This document shows, one piece after another, positions 21,144-31,700 of a DNA stretch of 64,000 nucleotides; positions within the stretch are counted from its first letter, which is position 1; every line of letters begins with the position of its first letter. The stretch is from a virus, in IMG/VR virus record IMGVR_UViG_3300037042_003896, positions 35,684 through 99,683 of that record; one strand, written 5' to 3'. The notes under the pieces were generated by a model. That model saw only the letters and a program-made list of their open reading frames with translations, did no database searches and was not told the origin of the DNA. A program made the position numbers and the translations under genes.

Positions 21144-24100
21144 TTATAATGCTTTAATAGCTTTAACGATTGAACCATTTCTTGAAGTTTTATCTTTTGG
21201 TTTCTTTTTGTAACTTTCAACTTCATAAGTACCATCATCATTCTTTTTATATACAGCATCAAATCCTGTAGGTATTCCAGAATTTGACGCTGTTGCACCT
21301 GCTCCACTAGTATCAAATTGTGCAAAAGGATTGTAATTCTGAGCTTTCATTTGATCGTTGTATCTATAGTTATATAGATTTTCATATACACCAAGTTGTC
21401 TATTTTCTAATTTATTCTTAGCATATTTATCACTAATAGAATTTAAAGCAGCAAGTGTTGTAGCTTTAGTATTTGACAATGCTTCTTGTTGTCTTACGTA
21501 CTGTTGATCAAGTCCTTGCAGATTTTTCAATTGAGCATCATTGAGAATATTTCTATTTTCACTATACACTTTATCTTTCTCAGCTTGATTTAATCTAAAC
21601 TGTTCAGCTAACACTTTCTGATTAGCTCCATATTTCTGTGCATTTAATGATGCAAGAGCAGCAGGATTATATCCTGACATTCTTTGTGCACTTCTATAAT
21701 CAGCTTGGTTCTCATTCATTATATCTTGCAATGATATATCATAAGGAACAGTTAACTCAGGTTGATAATTTTGATATTGAACAGGTTCCACTTTATTATT
21801 AGACATAGCATACATTTCTCCTGCTAACTGATTAGGATCTAATTGTTCTTGATCTGTTGGTCTAAGATAAGGAATCAATGTATTTAATGCAGGTATCCAA
21901 GGAAACTTGGGTTTATCTTCAATAGGAGGAGTGTATGGAATTCTTGTAGTTGTGTTATCTGTTGTAACAGACATTCCAGGAAGTTTAGTAGTTTCTTGTG
22001 GAGGAGGAATAAGATTTAATAGTTCTTTAGAAGCCCAACCATATCCAAGTTTTTTATCAATGAACGGTGTTTTTCCATAAAGTTCTTTATGCCTTGCTTC
22101 AATTAAAGGTTTAGATTGAGGATTATTTAAAAGAAACTTTTGAAATTCTTCATTTCCTTGTCCTGTAAATCCAAGATTTTCTGCAATTTTATCCCATTCT
22201 TCTCCAGTAAAACTTGATTTAGTTTTCATCCCATAACGATCACCAGGACTAGTGTTTCCTTTCCAAGGAACTAATCCATATTTACTTATATATCCAGATG
22301 GTTGTGCTATAGGAGGTTGTCCTGAACTTCTTATTGCTGCTTCACGTTTTGTAGCATTATCACCAGCAAGTTTTGTAGTAGATTTACCAGTAGTTTGAAC
22401 AGGAGATGGACTAATAGGTTTTCCTGTAGTCTTACTATACCATTGTTTAAATTCAGGAGTTTGAGCACTTTCTATTCCATAATGAAGAATATTTTTTACA
22501 AAATCATCATATGATAAATTCATTTCACCGAGATATTTATCTTTCAAATATTTATTATAAATATCTCGGTGTACATTACGATTTTTTTCTAACTGAACAT
22601 CTTTACGATGACTTGTTCCACTTTTCCATTTTTCTTCAAAAATTTTCTTATTTTGTGGAGTATCTATATTATTTTTATTACTTCCTGTTCTACTAGTAAT
22701 TTCATTAAGCCAATTACTATATGCAGTTTCTTTTTCAGAATCCCAACCATGTTGTGCTTTAGGAATACTTGTACCAAATTCAGCAGAATTTGAGAAAGCA
22801 TTTTTATCTATCTTAACTTCACCACGAGCAAGATTATCAGCTATAAATCCATTTTCATCTGCTGTTGCATTTAACGCTTCCTGATAGTTAGCTAAGTTTT
22901 GTGTATCTGCTGCATATTTTTTCAACTTCATATTTCCACCATCAATAGTTGCCTTTAATGATGTAAGTTTAAGTTTATCAAAAGATGTAGTTGAATCAAG
23001 TTCATTTAATTCATTTGTAGCTTTTGCAATCTTTTTATTCTCACGATTAGTTTTATTAGCTATATGGTGTTCTATTCTTTTGAATTTCTTTCCACCATAT
23101 TCATCAGCAAGTTCTATGAGTTCTTTATCGTTAGTTGCCATTGCTAATTTTTTATCAAATTTAAGATTACCAAATACAACAAGACTATCTTCTTGTCCAC
23201 CATTCTGTAATTTAACAGCAGGTTCACCTCTCTCTACTTCTACATTAGCCTCAGCATTACCACCTGTTTCAAATTTAGAATATGATGGTTGTGTATTTCC
23301 ATATGATACACCTATTCCTGTATTACCCTGACCATCAGTTTCTTCATGTGAGTTTCCTTTAAACATAACAGTTTCTCCACCATCAGGTAGATATGGATTA
23401 TAAGAAATAGGTTCAGCATATCCACCCCAATGAGTTTGTAATTCTCCACCCATTGCCATAGATTGTTGTGTGAATAGATTTTGTCTTATGTTACCTCCTG
23501 TTCTAAGAGAATCCATTCCTTCGTGTGCAAAATCATAAACGTCTTGTGCTGTGTGGTCTCCAAAATAATTAATAAGTTGTGGATTAATATTTCCACCATC
23601 TCTTACATAAGAATTATATTGAGCGTGAACACCTTTGCCAAAGTTTGCTCCTGCTGTTCTTCCAATATTTCTTGTAGTAGCAGCTTGGGCATTTTTAATC
23701 TTTTCAGGATTTGTATCAATTAGATTTCCACCAACTGTACCTACAGTTTTACCAATAAGTTGTCCTACAGGTCCCCATATACTACCAATTGCTCCACCAA
23801 CTTCACCTCCAATATCAGCACCTGCACTATCACCACCACTAAGTTGTGTAGCAGCATTTCCTACTGCTTCTGTACCTCCTGCATTAGCAAATTGTCCAAC
23901 TCCTCCCCCTGCTCCTCCTGCAAATTGTGAAGTGCTTCCAAATTTTCCTTTTGATGCTGCTGATATAAGTTCTCCCCATTGTGCTTGGCGAAGATTTCCT
24001 CCCATTCTATATTGTTTAACTATATCAGAATCATTAAGAGGTTCAAATCCAAGATCATCATATAATGTATTAGGAGCATACGTATTCTGTATTTCTCCCC

Positions 24101-24980
24101 CACCTTGTAACATATATCCATTCCTTGCAAGAGGATTTGTACCCACACCATATATAGGAAAAAATTCTTGACCTGTATTAACAGGCATCATTGCCTCTCT
24201 TTTTTTATTTATGTTTTCAGATAATTGTCTTTGAGAATCAACATCTACCTGTTCAGTAGCTTTAGCAGTTGCCTTACTAACACCTTCTGCTTGTCTAGCT
24301 TTTCTTACTGCTTCTTTTTCATCTTGTACTTTTTGAACTAGTCCTACCACTTTTTCAACAATAGGAAGTCCTTGTGCCCAATTAACTTTTGTTCCAGGTT
24401 TATTTTGACCACTACCAGCAGTTTGATTAAGCAAATTAGAAATATTATTATTATCCCCCTCCATAGTATATTGATCAACAGGGACAGCATTTGGACTAGT
24501 TGCATATGTAGGAGGAGATGTACCATTAGGATTCCATTGAGTGTTCATAGCTGAACCAAAATTTACTTCAGTTCCTGGATATGCTTTGGGAATATTTATT
24601 CCTCTTTTCCCCGATGACATACTACCAGCAACTTTAGCAATATCCCCTATAGAGGATGCGATTTTTCCAAGATCAAATCCTCCACTACTTCCAGAAGTAG
24701 CTCCTTGTTGTGTGGCTTGAAGCATAGCTTGTTGATATGTTTGCTGTTGTCTTTCTGCTTCAGTAGACCCTGTAACAGATTTATCAGCTTGATTATAATA
24801 TTGACCATAGTCAAGTGGTGCAAAACCTGTAGTAGGAGAAGATTTATCCATAGATACTCCCACTTGAGCTTTTTTAAATTCTTTTCCATGAGCCTTCATA
24901 AAGGCTGCTTCTGTTGGGAATTTTTTGTAAAAGGATTTTATATCCTTAACTTTAGCAATTTTTAAAATCGTGTCTATCAT
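21144..24980 (-). CDS. Virion cargo protein (Gly/Ala-rich, modular)
   Basis: Likely start 24980 (ATGA overlap); GNSHE..G and ANVEVERGE motifs that I recognise from crAss-like cargo proteins; repeated xxxGG motifs. Confidence 0.6.
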   Translation of the reverse strand: MIDTILKIAKVKDIKSFYKKFPTEAAFMKAHGKEFKKAQVGVSMDKSSPTTGFAPLDYGQYYNQADKSVTGSTEAERQQQTYQQAMLQATQQGATSGSSGGFDLGKIASSIGDIAKVAGSMSSGKRGINIPKAYPGTEVNFGSAMNTQWNPNGTSPPTYATSPNAVPVDQYTMEGDNNNISNLLNQTAGSGQNKPGTKVNWAQGLPIVEKVVGLVQKVQDEKEAVRKARQAEGVSKATAKATEQVDVDSQRQLSENINKKREAMMPVNTGQEFFPIYGVGTNPLARNGYMLQGGGEIQNTYAPNTLYDDLGFEPLNDSDIVKQYRMGGNLRQAQWGELISAASKGKFGSTSQFAGGAGGGVGQFANAGGTEAVGNAATQLSGGDSAGADIGGEVGGAIGSIWGPVGQLIGKTVGTVGGNLIDTNPEKIKNAQAATTRNIGRTAGANFGKGVHAQYNSYVRDGGNINPQLINYFGDHTAQDVYDFAHEGMDSLRTGGNIRQNLFTQQSMAMGGELQTHWGGYAEPISYNPYLPDGGETVMFKGNSHEETDGQGNTGIGVSYGNTQPSYSKFETGGNAEANVEVERGEPAVKLQNGGQEDSLVVFGNLKFDKKLAMATNDKELIELADEYGGKKFKRIEHHIANKTNRENKKIAKATNELNELDSTTSFDKLKLTSLKATIDGGNMKLKKYAADTQNLANYQEALNATADENGFIADNLARGEVKIDKNAFSNSAEFGTSIPKAQHGWDSEKETAYSNWLNEITSRTGSNKNNIDTPQNKKIFEEKWKSGTSHRKDVQLEKNRNVHRDIYNKYLKDKYLGEMNLSYDDFVKNILHYGIESAQTPEFKQWYSKTTGKPISPSPVQTTGKSTTKLAGDNATKREAAIRSSGQPPIAQPSGYISKYGLVPWKGNTSPGDRYGMKTKSSFTGEEWDKIAENLGFTGQGNEEFQKFLLNNPQSKPLIEARHKELYGKTPFIDKKLGYGWASKELLNLIPPPQETTKLPGMSVTTDNTTTRIPYTPPIEDKPKFPWIPALNTLIPYLRPTDQEQLDPNQLAGEMYAMSNNKVEPVQYQNYQPELTVPYDISLQDIMNENQADYRSAQRMSGYNPAALASLNAQKYGANQKVLAEQFRLNQAEKDKVYSENRNILNDAQLKNLQGLDQQYVRQQEALSNTKATTLAALNSISDKYAKNKLENRQLGVYENLYNYRYNDQMKAQNYNPFAQFDTSGAGATASNSGIPTGFDAVYKKNDDGTYEVESYKKKPKDKTSRNGSIVKAIKAL

Positions 24981-27892
24981 GATTGAGAGTATTTTGATAA
25001 CCAACCACCAACGGTGGGTTTATTATAATTTGTAAAGTTAGTTAATTGATCAAGATGTTCAGTAGTTTTTTCATCTAAATTATTTATGCCATTGCGAGCC
25101 ATAGGATACTCTGTAACAGACTTTCCTTTGAATCTATAATCTTGTCCAGGTTCCATGTATTTAGTGTCTCCTGTGTCAGATATACCCCATAGAGGTTGAT
25201 CTACACCTTCCATTGTAATATTATTACTGTTTATTCTAACAGGATGCCCCCAATTTTTAGGATTCCAATATCCTCTATTATCAGTTTTTATTTGTCCGCC
25301 TGATTTAAGGGTATTGGTTCTTTCTCCATTTATTGTATATTCTCCTGGTTTAAGCCCCACATATTTACGTATTAAGTCAAGATTATTATTAAATGCTTTA
25401 TCATAATTTGAATTAAATGTTTTATCATTATTATAAAGAATTTTATTTACATAATCTTTTGTTTCAGTAGGAAGTTGTTCTATCCATTTAGAATCATTAT
25501 AAATATCATATCCTGAATCTTTTAATTCTGTAAGTTTTTTTGAGAGATTTCCTCTTCCCCAATTATATGCTGCAAGAGTTTTAGCTTGTCTTATTTTATC
25601 ATCTTGATTTGGTTTATTAATAAAATCAGCATTATAAAGATTATTCATGTACCATTTTTGTACAGCAATAGCATCATCAGAATTAAGAGGATTAATAGTT
25701 TTTTTACCACTTTTTCCTTTTTCTAAATAATCTTTTATAGCATCTTCTTTTAACTGCACTAATCCTTTTGCGTTAGATTTTTTATTTATAACATTTGAAT
25801 TAAATCCAGATTCTTTATAAGCTTGCCTTGCTAATATATCTAAAGGAATTTCTATTCCATCTTGACTAATGTTATTTGGTTTCCAATCTAAGCCGTGTTG
25901 ATAGAATTGCATTTCTTTTCCATTCTGTGCAGAAGGCATTGTTTTCTTTGCATATTTTCCTTCTGAAGGAATATCTCCTGTTCTTACAAATGCACTTGGG
26001 AGAACTCCTCCCATTTGCATATCTTTTCCTTTTGTTCTTATTGGGAAAGGAATGGCTTGATTCTTTTCCACATAAGGATGTCTAACGTTTATATCCCAAT
26101 CATCTGCTTCTTGCCATGTTTTAAAAGGTCCACCTAAATAATCACCTGTTTCTCTGTATTCTTTTAAAGGATCTTCAAGAGGTTGTCCATATTTAAATGA
26201 AGGAATTAAATAAGCAGGTTCTCCATCTTCTCCTCCTATAGACATAGCTAATTCAGAACTTGGATCTCTATTTGGTATTTTATATCCTGTTGGAAGTTTT
26301 TCACTATTTGGTTGAAGAAATTTGTCTTCTGATATATATTTACTTGTCCATCCACCATTCTGAAACTGTCCTCCCCAAGCAGGACTATAATTCCTTCCTG
26401 ATGTGTCATTACCTATTCCTACAAATCCTTCAGGTAGAGAAACATTGCTATTGTTATAATTTACTTCTCCTCCATTTTTATGTATTGTTTTATACGCATC
26501 ATCAACAGATAATCCTATATCACTGGCAAGTTTACCTGTTATAGGTGTTTGAACTCCTCTTATGTTTAATTTATTATTAACAAATGCATTTAACGCAGGA
26601 TTTACATATTGAGTAGAAAGTCCTAATCCTCTATTAGCATAATCAATTAAATTTGGTGTAATAGTTGTAGGTGCTACTAAAGCACTTGGATTATTTTTCC
26701 ACCATCTTGCAGTAGCATAAGAATTTGTTGATGGAGTAAAAGACCTTGTGTTTAACCCTAATGTTTGTGGAAGTATATTTAATAAAGCTCCCGTAGCATT
26801 ATTCATTGCTCCTGTATAATTTCCTTCACTATAATCCATTCCTGCATCCCAAGCATCCATTGCCCCTGCACTATATGCTAATGGGGGTATCGTACCTGCT
26901 GTGAACATATTAGCTAAATTAATTGCTGTTTTAGATCCATAATGTATTCTATCCCATTGTGTGTGTTTCTCTTCTTCTTTTTTAATTCTTTCTGCTAATT
27001 CATTATCCATTTTATTCTCTTGCTTATCAGGAGAAATAGAATATTCTTTTACAGGAACATGATAATTAGGACTTCCATAATAAGGATTCCTTACATCTTT
27101 AGATATTTGTTCTGCTTGTTGTTTAGATATATAAGGTTGTCTATTAGTAGCATCATTGGGGACTTGTTCTATTGGTTGTGGATTATAATTTTCAGAGGGA
27201 TTTCCAAAAATATATTGTAGTGCCTCCTGTGTTAATGCTTGTTTAGGAGTTATATTTTTTTGATTATACTTCTCATAAGGGATTGATGTAGATATTTTTT
27301 CTTTTTTTCCACCAGTTTGCATTTTCTTATATGGAGTTTTTTCTACACTATCGTCATCATAAAAATTTAATAAATAATCTCCTTCAGATTCACCATTATA
27401 TGTATTTTTATTTAACCATTGCTTTTCTGTACGTACAAGAGATTTATCAATAGGTTTACTAAATTGAGGAGTTTCTCTTGGAATTAATTTTTTTTCTGTA
27501 GAAGTTATTCCTTTTGATTTAAGTTTCAATATTTGTGCAATAGTAGGAGGATTTGTTGGTTTTTTATATAAAGGAACTCCTTGTCTATACGGATTATTTA
27601 CATCTCCTATCATTTGATAATCAACAGCATCTATATGAGGTCCTTTATTACTACCTATATTATTTGCAGGATTATTACTAACATATTTATTATTAATTCT
27701 ATCATAATCTGCATTTGTAAAAAATGGATTGTCTCTACCTAATTTAAGTAATTCTGTACCTGCTTTATATAAATTTAAACTATCCTGATATGATTTATAG
27801 GCAAGATCTTGTCTACTTAATATAGTGGGACCAGATATAGTTGTTCCACCATCAGCAATTTCTGTGTATTTATCTAACCAACCTTTTTTCAT
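24977..27892 (-). CDS. Virion cargo protein with lytic transglycosylase (SLT/GH23-like) domain
   Basis: QAYKESGF..AKGLVQL..TLAAYNWGRGN..LPTETKDYV at about 25435-25845. Confidence 0.8.
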   Translation of the reverse strand: MKKGWLDKYTEIADGGTTISGPTILSRQDLAYKSYQDSLNLYKAGTELLKLGRDNPFFTNADYDRINNKYVSNNPANNIGSNKGPHIDAVDYQMIGDVNNPYRQGVPLYKKPTNPPTIAQILKLKSKGITSTEKKLIPRETPQFSKPIDKSLVRTEKQWLNKNTYNGESEGDYLLNFYDDDSVEKTPYKKMQTGGKKEKISTSIPYEKYNQKNITPKQALTQEALQYIFGNPSENYNPQPIEQVPNDATNRQPYISKQQAEQISKDVRNPYYGSPNYHVPVKEYSISPDKQENKMDNELAERIKKEEEKHTQWDRIHYGSKTAINLANMFTAGTIPPLAYSAGAMDAWDAGMDYSEGNYTGAMNNATGALLNILPQTLGLNTRSFTPSTNSYATARWWKNNPSALVAPTTITPNLIDYANRGLGLSTQYVNPALNAFVNNKLNIRGVQTPITGKLASDIGLSVDDAYKTIHKNGGEVNYNNSNVSLPEGFVGIGNDTSGRNYSPAWGGQFQNGGWTSKYISEDKFLQPNSEKLPTGYKIPNRDPSSELAMSIGGEDGEPAYLIPSFKYGQPLEDPLKEYRETGDYLGGPFKTWQEADDWDINVRHPYVEKNQAIPFPIRTKGKDMQMGGVLPSAFVRTGDIPSEGKYAKKTMPSAQNGKEMQFYQHGLDWKPNNISQDGIEIPLDILARQAYKESGFNSNVINKKSNAKGLVQLKEDAIKDYLEKGKSGKKTINPLNSDDAIAVQKWYMNNLYNADFINKPNQDDKIRQAKTLAAYNWGRGNLSKKLTELKDSGYDIYNDSKWIEQLPTETKDYVNKILYNNDKTFNSNYDKAFNNNLDLIRKYVGLKPGEYTINGERTNTLKSGGQIKTDNRGYWNPKNWGHPVRINSNNITMEGVDQPLWGISDTGDTKYMEPGQDYRFKGKSVTEYPMARNGINNLDEKTTEHLDQLTNFTNYNKPTVGGWLSKYSQS

Positions 27893-28758
27893 TATTTATA
27901 AGAGATTTGAGATGGGGTTATAATAAATTGGGAAACTAAATTTACATCAGATCTATCATCTAATATATGTCTCACCTTTAATTCTTTTGCTCTAAGTGGT
28001 TCCTTTTTAAATGATCTTGTTGAATAATCCATATTAGCCTGTACAAGTACTTTGTCTATAGAAAGATTATCACAACTTCTTTCAAACATTGGTGTAGTCT
28101 TATTTTGTAATACTGACCAGAATGTATTATATTGATAGAAGTTATCACTCTTGGTATATGTTATAGTCTTACTATCAACATTATATTTAGGATAGGATAA
28201 ATACTGACTAAGATTGTGTAAAGGTTTTGGAACAAGTTCAAGAAGTCCTGTACATTGTTGTCCATTGTATAGAATAGCTTTATTGAACCAAGCATCGTTC
28301 ACTTCTATTTTATTATAGTTACTTGGTACACCTTCACTGTGATTAAAATATTTATACACCTTTGTATAGTCTTTTACATTCTGAAGAATTTCATCTTGAT
28401 ATGTATAAGCAAATGGGTATTCAATTATATAAGGTGCAATATTTCCATAGAAGGTATTGTATATGGTAGCATTTGTTAAATGTCTCCACGTACAACCAGT
28501 AGCAATTTCTTTAGGTTTAGTTTCAAAAAATTCTTGTTGAGTGATTATAATAATAAATTTACGTTTTTCTAATTTACATTCACCAATAGATATTAATTCA
28601 ATCCATGTTACACTATCATCAACAGTATAACTAATACCGTTAATGAGTGTTTTTTTACTAACACCTTTAGCAATAACATTTCCAAACTGATCATAGATAT
28701 CAAAAGGTCCTGAATTAGGTCCAAATTTTGTCAGTTTTATAGATATAATCTTTGACAT
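27892..28758 (-). CDS. C-terminal part of muzzle/tail stabilisation protein, with an added N-terminal module
   Basis: WRHLTN..YNTFYG..PYIIEY...PLRAKELKVRH resembles the C-terminal part of P22 gp10-like/crAss muzzle proteins; directly follows the 1980-aa gene. Confidence 0.55.
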   Translation of the reverse strand: MSKIISIKLTKFGPNSGPFDIYDQFGNVIAKGVSKKTLINGISYTVDDSVTWIELISIGECKLEKRKFIIIITQQEFFETKPKEIATGCTWRHLTNATIYNTFYGNIAPYIIEYPFAYTYQDEILQNVKDYTKVYKYFNHSEGVPSNYNKIEVNDAWFNKAILYNGQQCTGLLELVPKPLHNLSQYLSYPKYNVDSKTITYTKSDNFYQYNTFWSVLQNKTTPMFERSCDNLSIDKVLVQANMDYSTRSFKKEPLRAKELKVRHILDDRSDVNLVSQFIITPSQISYK

Positions 28759-28773
28759 AGTATAAATTTATTA

Positions 28774-31700
28774 TTAACAGAAACCACCAGTTGTAACAAC
28801 ACCAGACGCTGTACGTACCCAATATACCTGACCACCAGATGGATTTTCTGAAAACCAATGATATCCATCAGTTCCTATATAAGGAGTAGTTAATCCTGCA
28901 TCTGTGTATAATTGATGAGTAATTAATCCTGATGGAGCATAACTTGAATATACGATAGTTGTTACAGGTTCTGATGGCAATGCACATACTGTAGCACTAT
29001 TCAAATATGTAAGTGTTGATATTAAATAGTCATATACAGGAATTGCAGTGGTAGTAGTAGTAGTAGTTGTGCTACTTGTTGTACTTGTTGTAGTGCTAGT
29101 AGTACTTGTTGTTGTACTTGTTGTACTTGTTGTAGTAGTGGTAGTTGTTGTAGTTATTCCTGGACAATTTAACTTGAACGTCCAAGCAGTACCATTCATA
29201 GGTGCGTATACATCAACATATGCATCTGCTGGCGCAGCTAATGTTTTATTAAATGACACTGTACCAATGCCTGGACTTGTAATCCTTGGATAACCATCAT
29301 CAGGATAAGTGATAAGGTCAGGATAAACATTACTCGTAATTGGATCTATTCTACCAAGAAGTGCAAAATTAAATGCGCTTCTGTTTACACCACCAAAATC
29401 AAAATTAACAGTTCCTACATAACCAGTATCTATTTCTACACCAGCATTCCAACTTACAATAAATCTATCAGGAACACTATATGCATCATAATCAAATAAG
29501 GTTATACCTGTAGTAGCATCTAATGTAATTGTTCGGTTAAATGGATAAGATATTCCTCCAGAGAATGTTGTGGGAACACCACAAGGAATCGGTAAAGGAA
29601 TAGTAGTGGTAGTTGTGGTGGTAGTAGATGTAGTAGTAGTAGTAGTTGTAGGTATACAATCTACTATATTTACAATATAACAAGAACTAACTTCCAATAC
29701 TTGACCATCATATGCCATTTCAGGTGTGAAATACCAACCATCAGGAACACATGTGCAATCAGTTGTACCATTAACTAAATAGACTTGGCTATTAATGGAT
29801 ATGCTTGTTGTATCTATATAAATAGAAGCTGGGATAACATTGTCAACAGGTTCATTAATTATAAATGCTGCAGCAACACAAGCATCTTCAGCGTTTGCTG
29901 TTGAAACAAACGTTGTTACAGGAGAAATAGTATTATAACCTATAATAAATTGATATTCTGTTAAACCTAAAGGTCTTTGACACACATACATAGTTGTTGT
30001 AGAAGTTGTTGTTGTACTTGTTGTAGAAGTGGTTGTTGTACTCGTTGTACTTGTTGATGTGGTAGTGGTAGTAGTAGTTGGAGGAACACCAGTAGTTGTA
30101 GTGGTGGTAGTGGTAGGAGGATTTGGAATAATGGTTCCTGCAATAAAATCAAAATCTTCACAGCAACTATTTAGTCCTGAATAGAAGAAGTTATTTTCAG
30201 CTATATACCAATTAGGAATATAGCTGTGGAAGGATATCCAACTTTTTGTATTCATGTTAAAAGAAAGTGTCCAAGACTTATTACAGAAATAATCACGATC
30301 TTTTAAAGAAACAACTGTACGTACTATATAATCTATTTCTGTTTCAGGAAGTCTTGTAGTTGTTGTACTAGTTGTAGATGTGGTAGTAGTTCCATTTATA
30401 ACAACTTCTCCAGCAATAAAACAAGGATCAAGTTCAATAACATTACCTGCTAACTCACATGAATATGAAAGAATAGGATAGATTGTTTCAATATAGAACT
30501 CTTCTGTAATAGGATCATATTTAACATTTGGATCTATAGGAACATAATCAAGTTTAGTTATAATAACTCTATCAAACTTACTATCATATAATCCATGAAG
30601 TCCCACTCCTGTAAAGTTATTATCTGTATTTACAGTTGGAAAAAATCTTAAAATTTCAAATGCTAAATGATCTGTAAAGAATCTGTTCATCCCAGAACCA
30701 AATGCAGAAAGATCATTAGCTTGTTGTCCTGAAACTAAAAAGACTTGTCCTCTCTTTGCATCTATTGTAATTTGTCCTTGTGGAATCTTTAACAACATTT
30801 TATTCTGTGAACCTACATATCCAAGATCTGTTTCAGCAAAATCAACTGGAGGAGATCCCCTAAATAATGTAGGATTCCCCATATAGGCAGCTTGAGGGTT
30901 ACTTGTGTCAATGGTGAGAAGAGTGTTATAAAGAAGACTCTTATTTTCAAATCTGGCAAGTATTGCTCTATTTTGAATACCATCTAAAGATGTAAGTTTT
31001 CCAAAATTTTGAGGAAAATCATAATATGAAATAGCTCTATAAGTAAGCCAAGCATTCACTCTATTATCAGCATCAGTATTTTGAGTGTCTGAATAAATTG
31101 CCCTAAATGGATAATGTGTATAACAAAGTTTATCTTCCCAATCTGGAGGAAGATGTGTAAATGTATTTTCTTTATTCTGTTTGGAAAAGGTTATATTATA
31201 ATAATAAGTATTGTCCTGAATAATTGGTACAAATGTTTCTTGGAACCAATCATCAGGAATAGTTGTACTTACATGAGGAAAGAAATCTCCCTCTCTATTG
31301 TTAAATGCTTGACGAAGATCAGTATTATATGCACTTTCACAATAGAAATTAGGAATACCATATGCAAATAAATAAAAATATCCATCATAATATGTTCTTC
31401 CTGCAGCATTTGTATCAGTAGGACCACCTTGACTATTAGGACAATCAAAGTTATGAGCCTTATAAGATATGATATTAGTCATTCCTGCAGGAGTTTCAAT
31501 ATTACCATTATCGTATACAGGAAATGTGAAATTTGCAAGTATAGATCGTGCTGAATGCCAATATTTAGGATATGCTACATTACCAATTTCATCATAAAAA
31601 ATATCACTATCATCAAGAGCATTAACCCTATTATCAATAAAGAATGGAAGTTTAGTTTTAAATGCAAACCTACTAATGAATGTATCTCCACCAAAAATAG

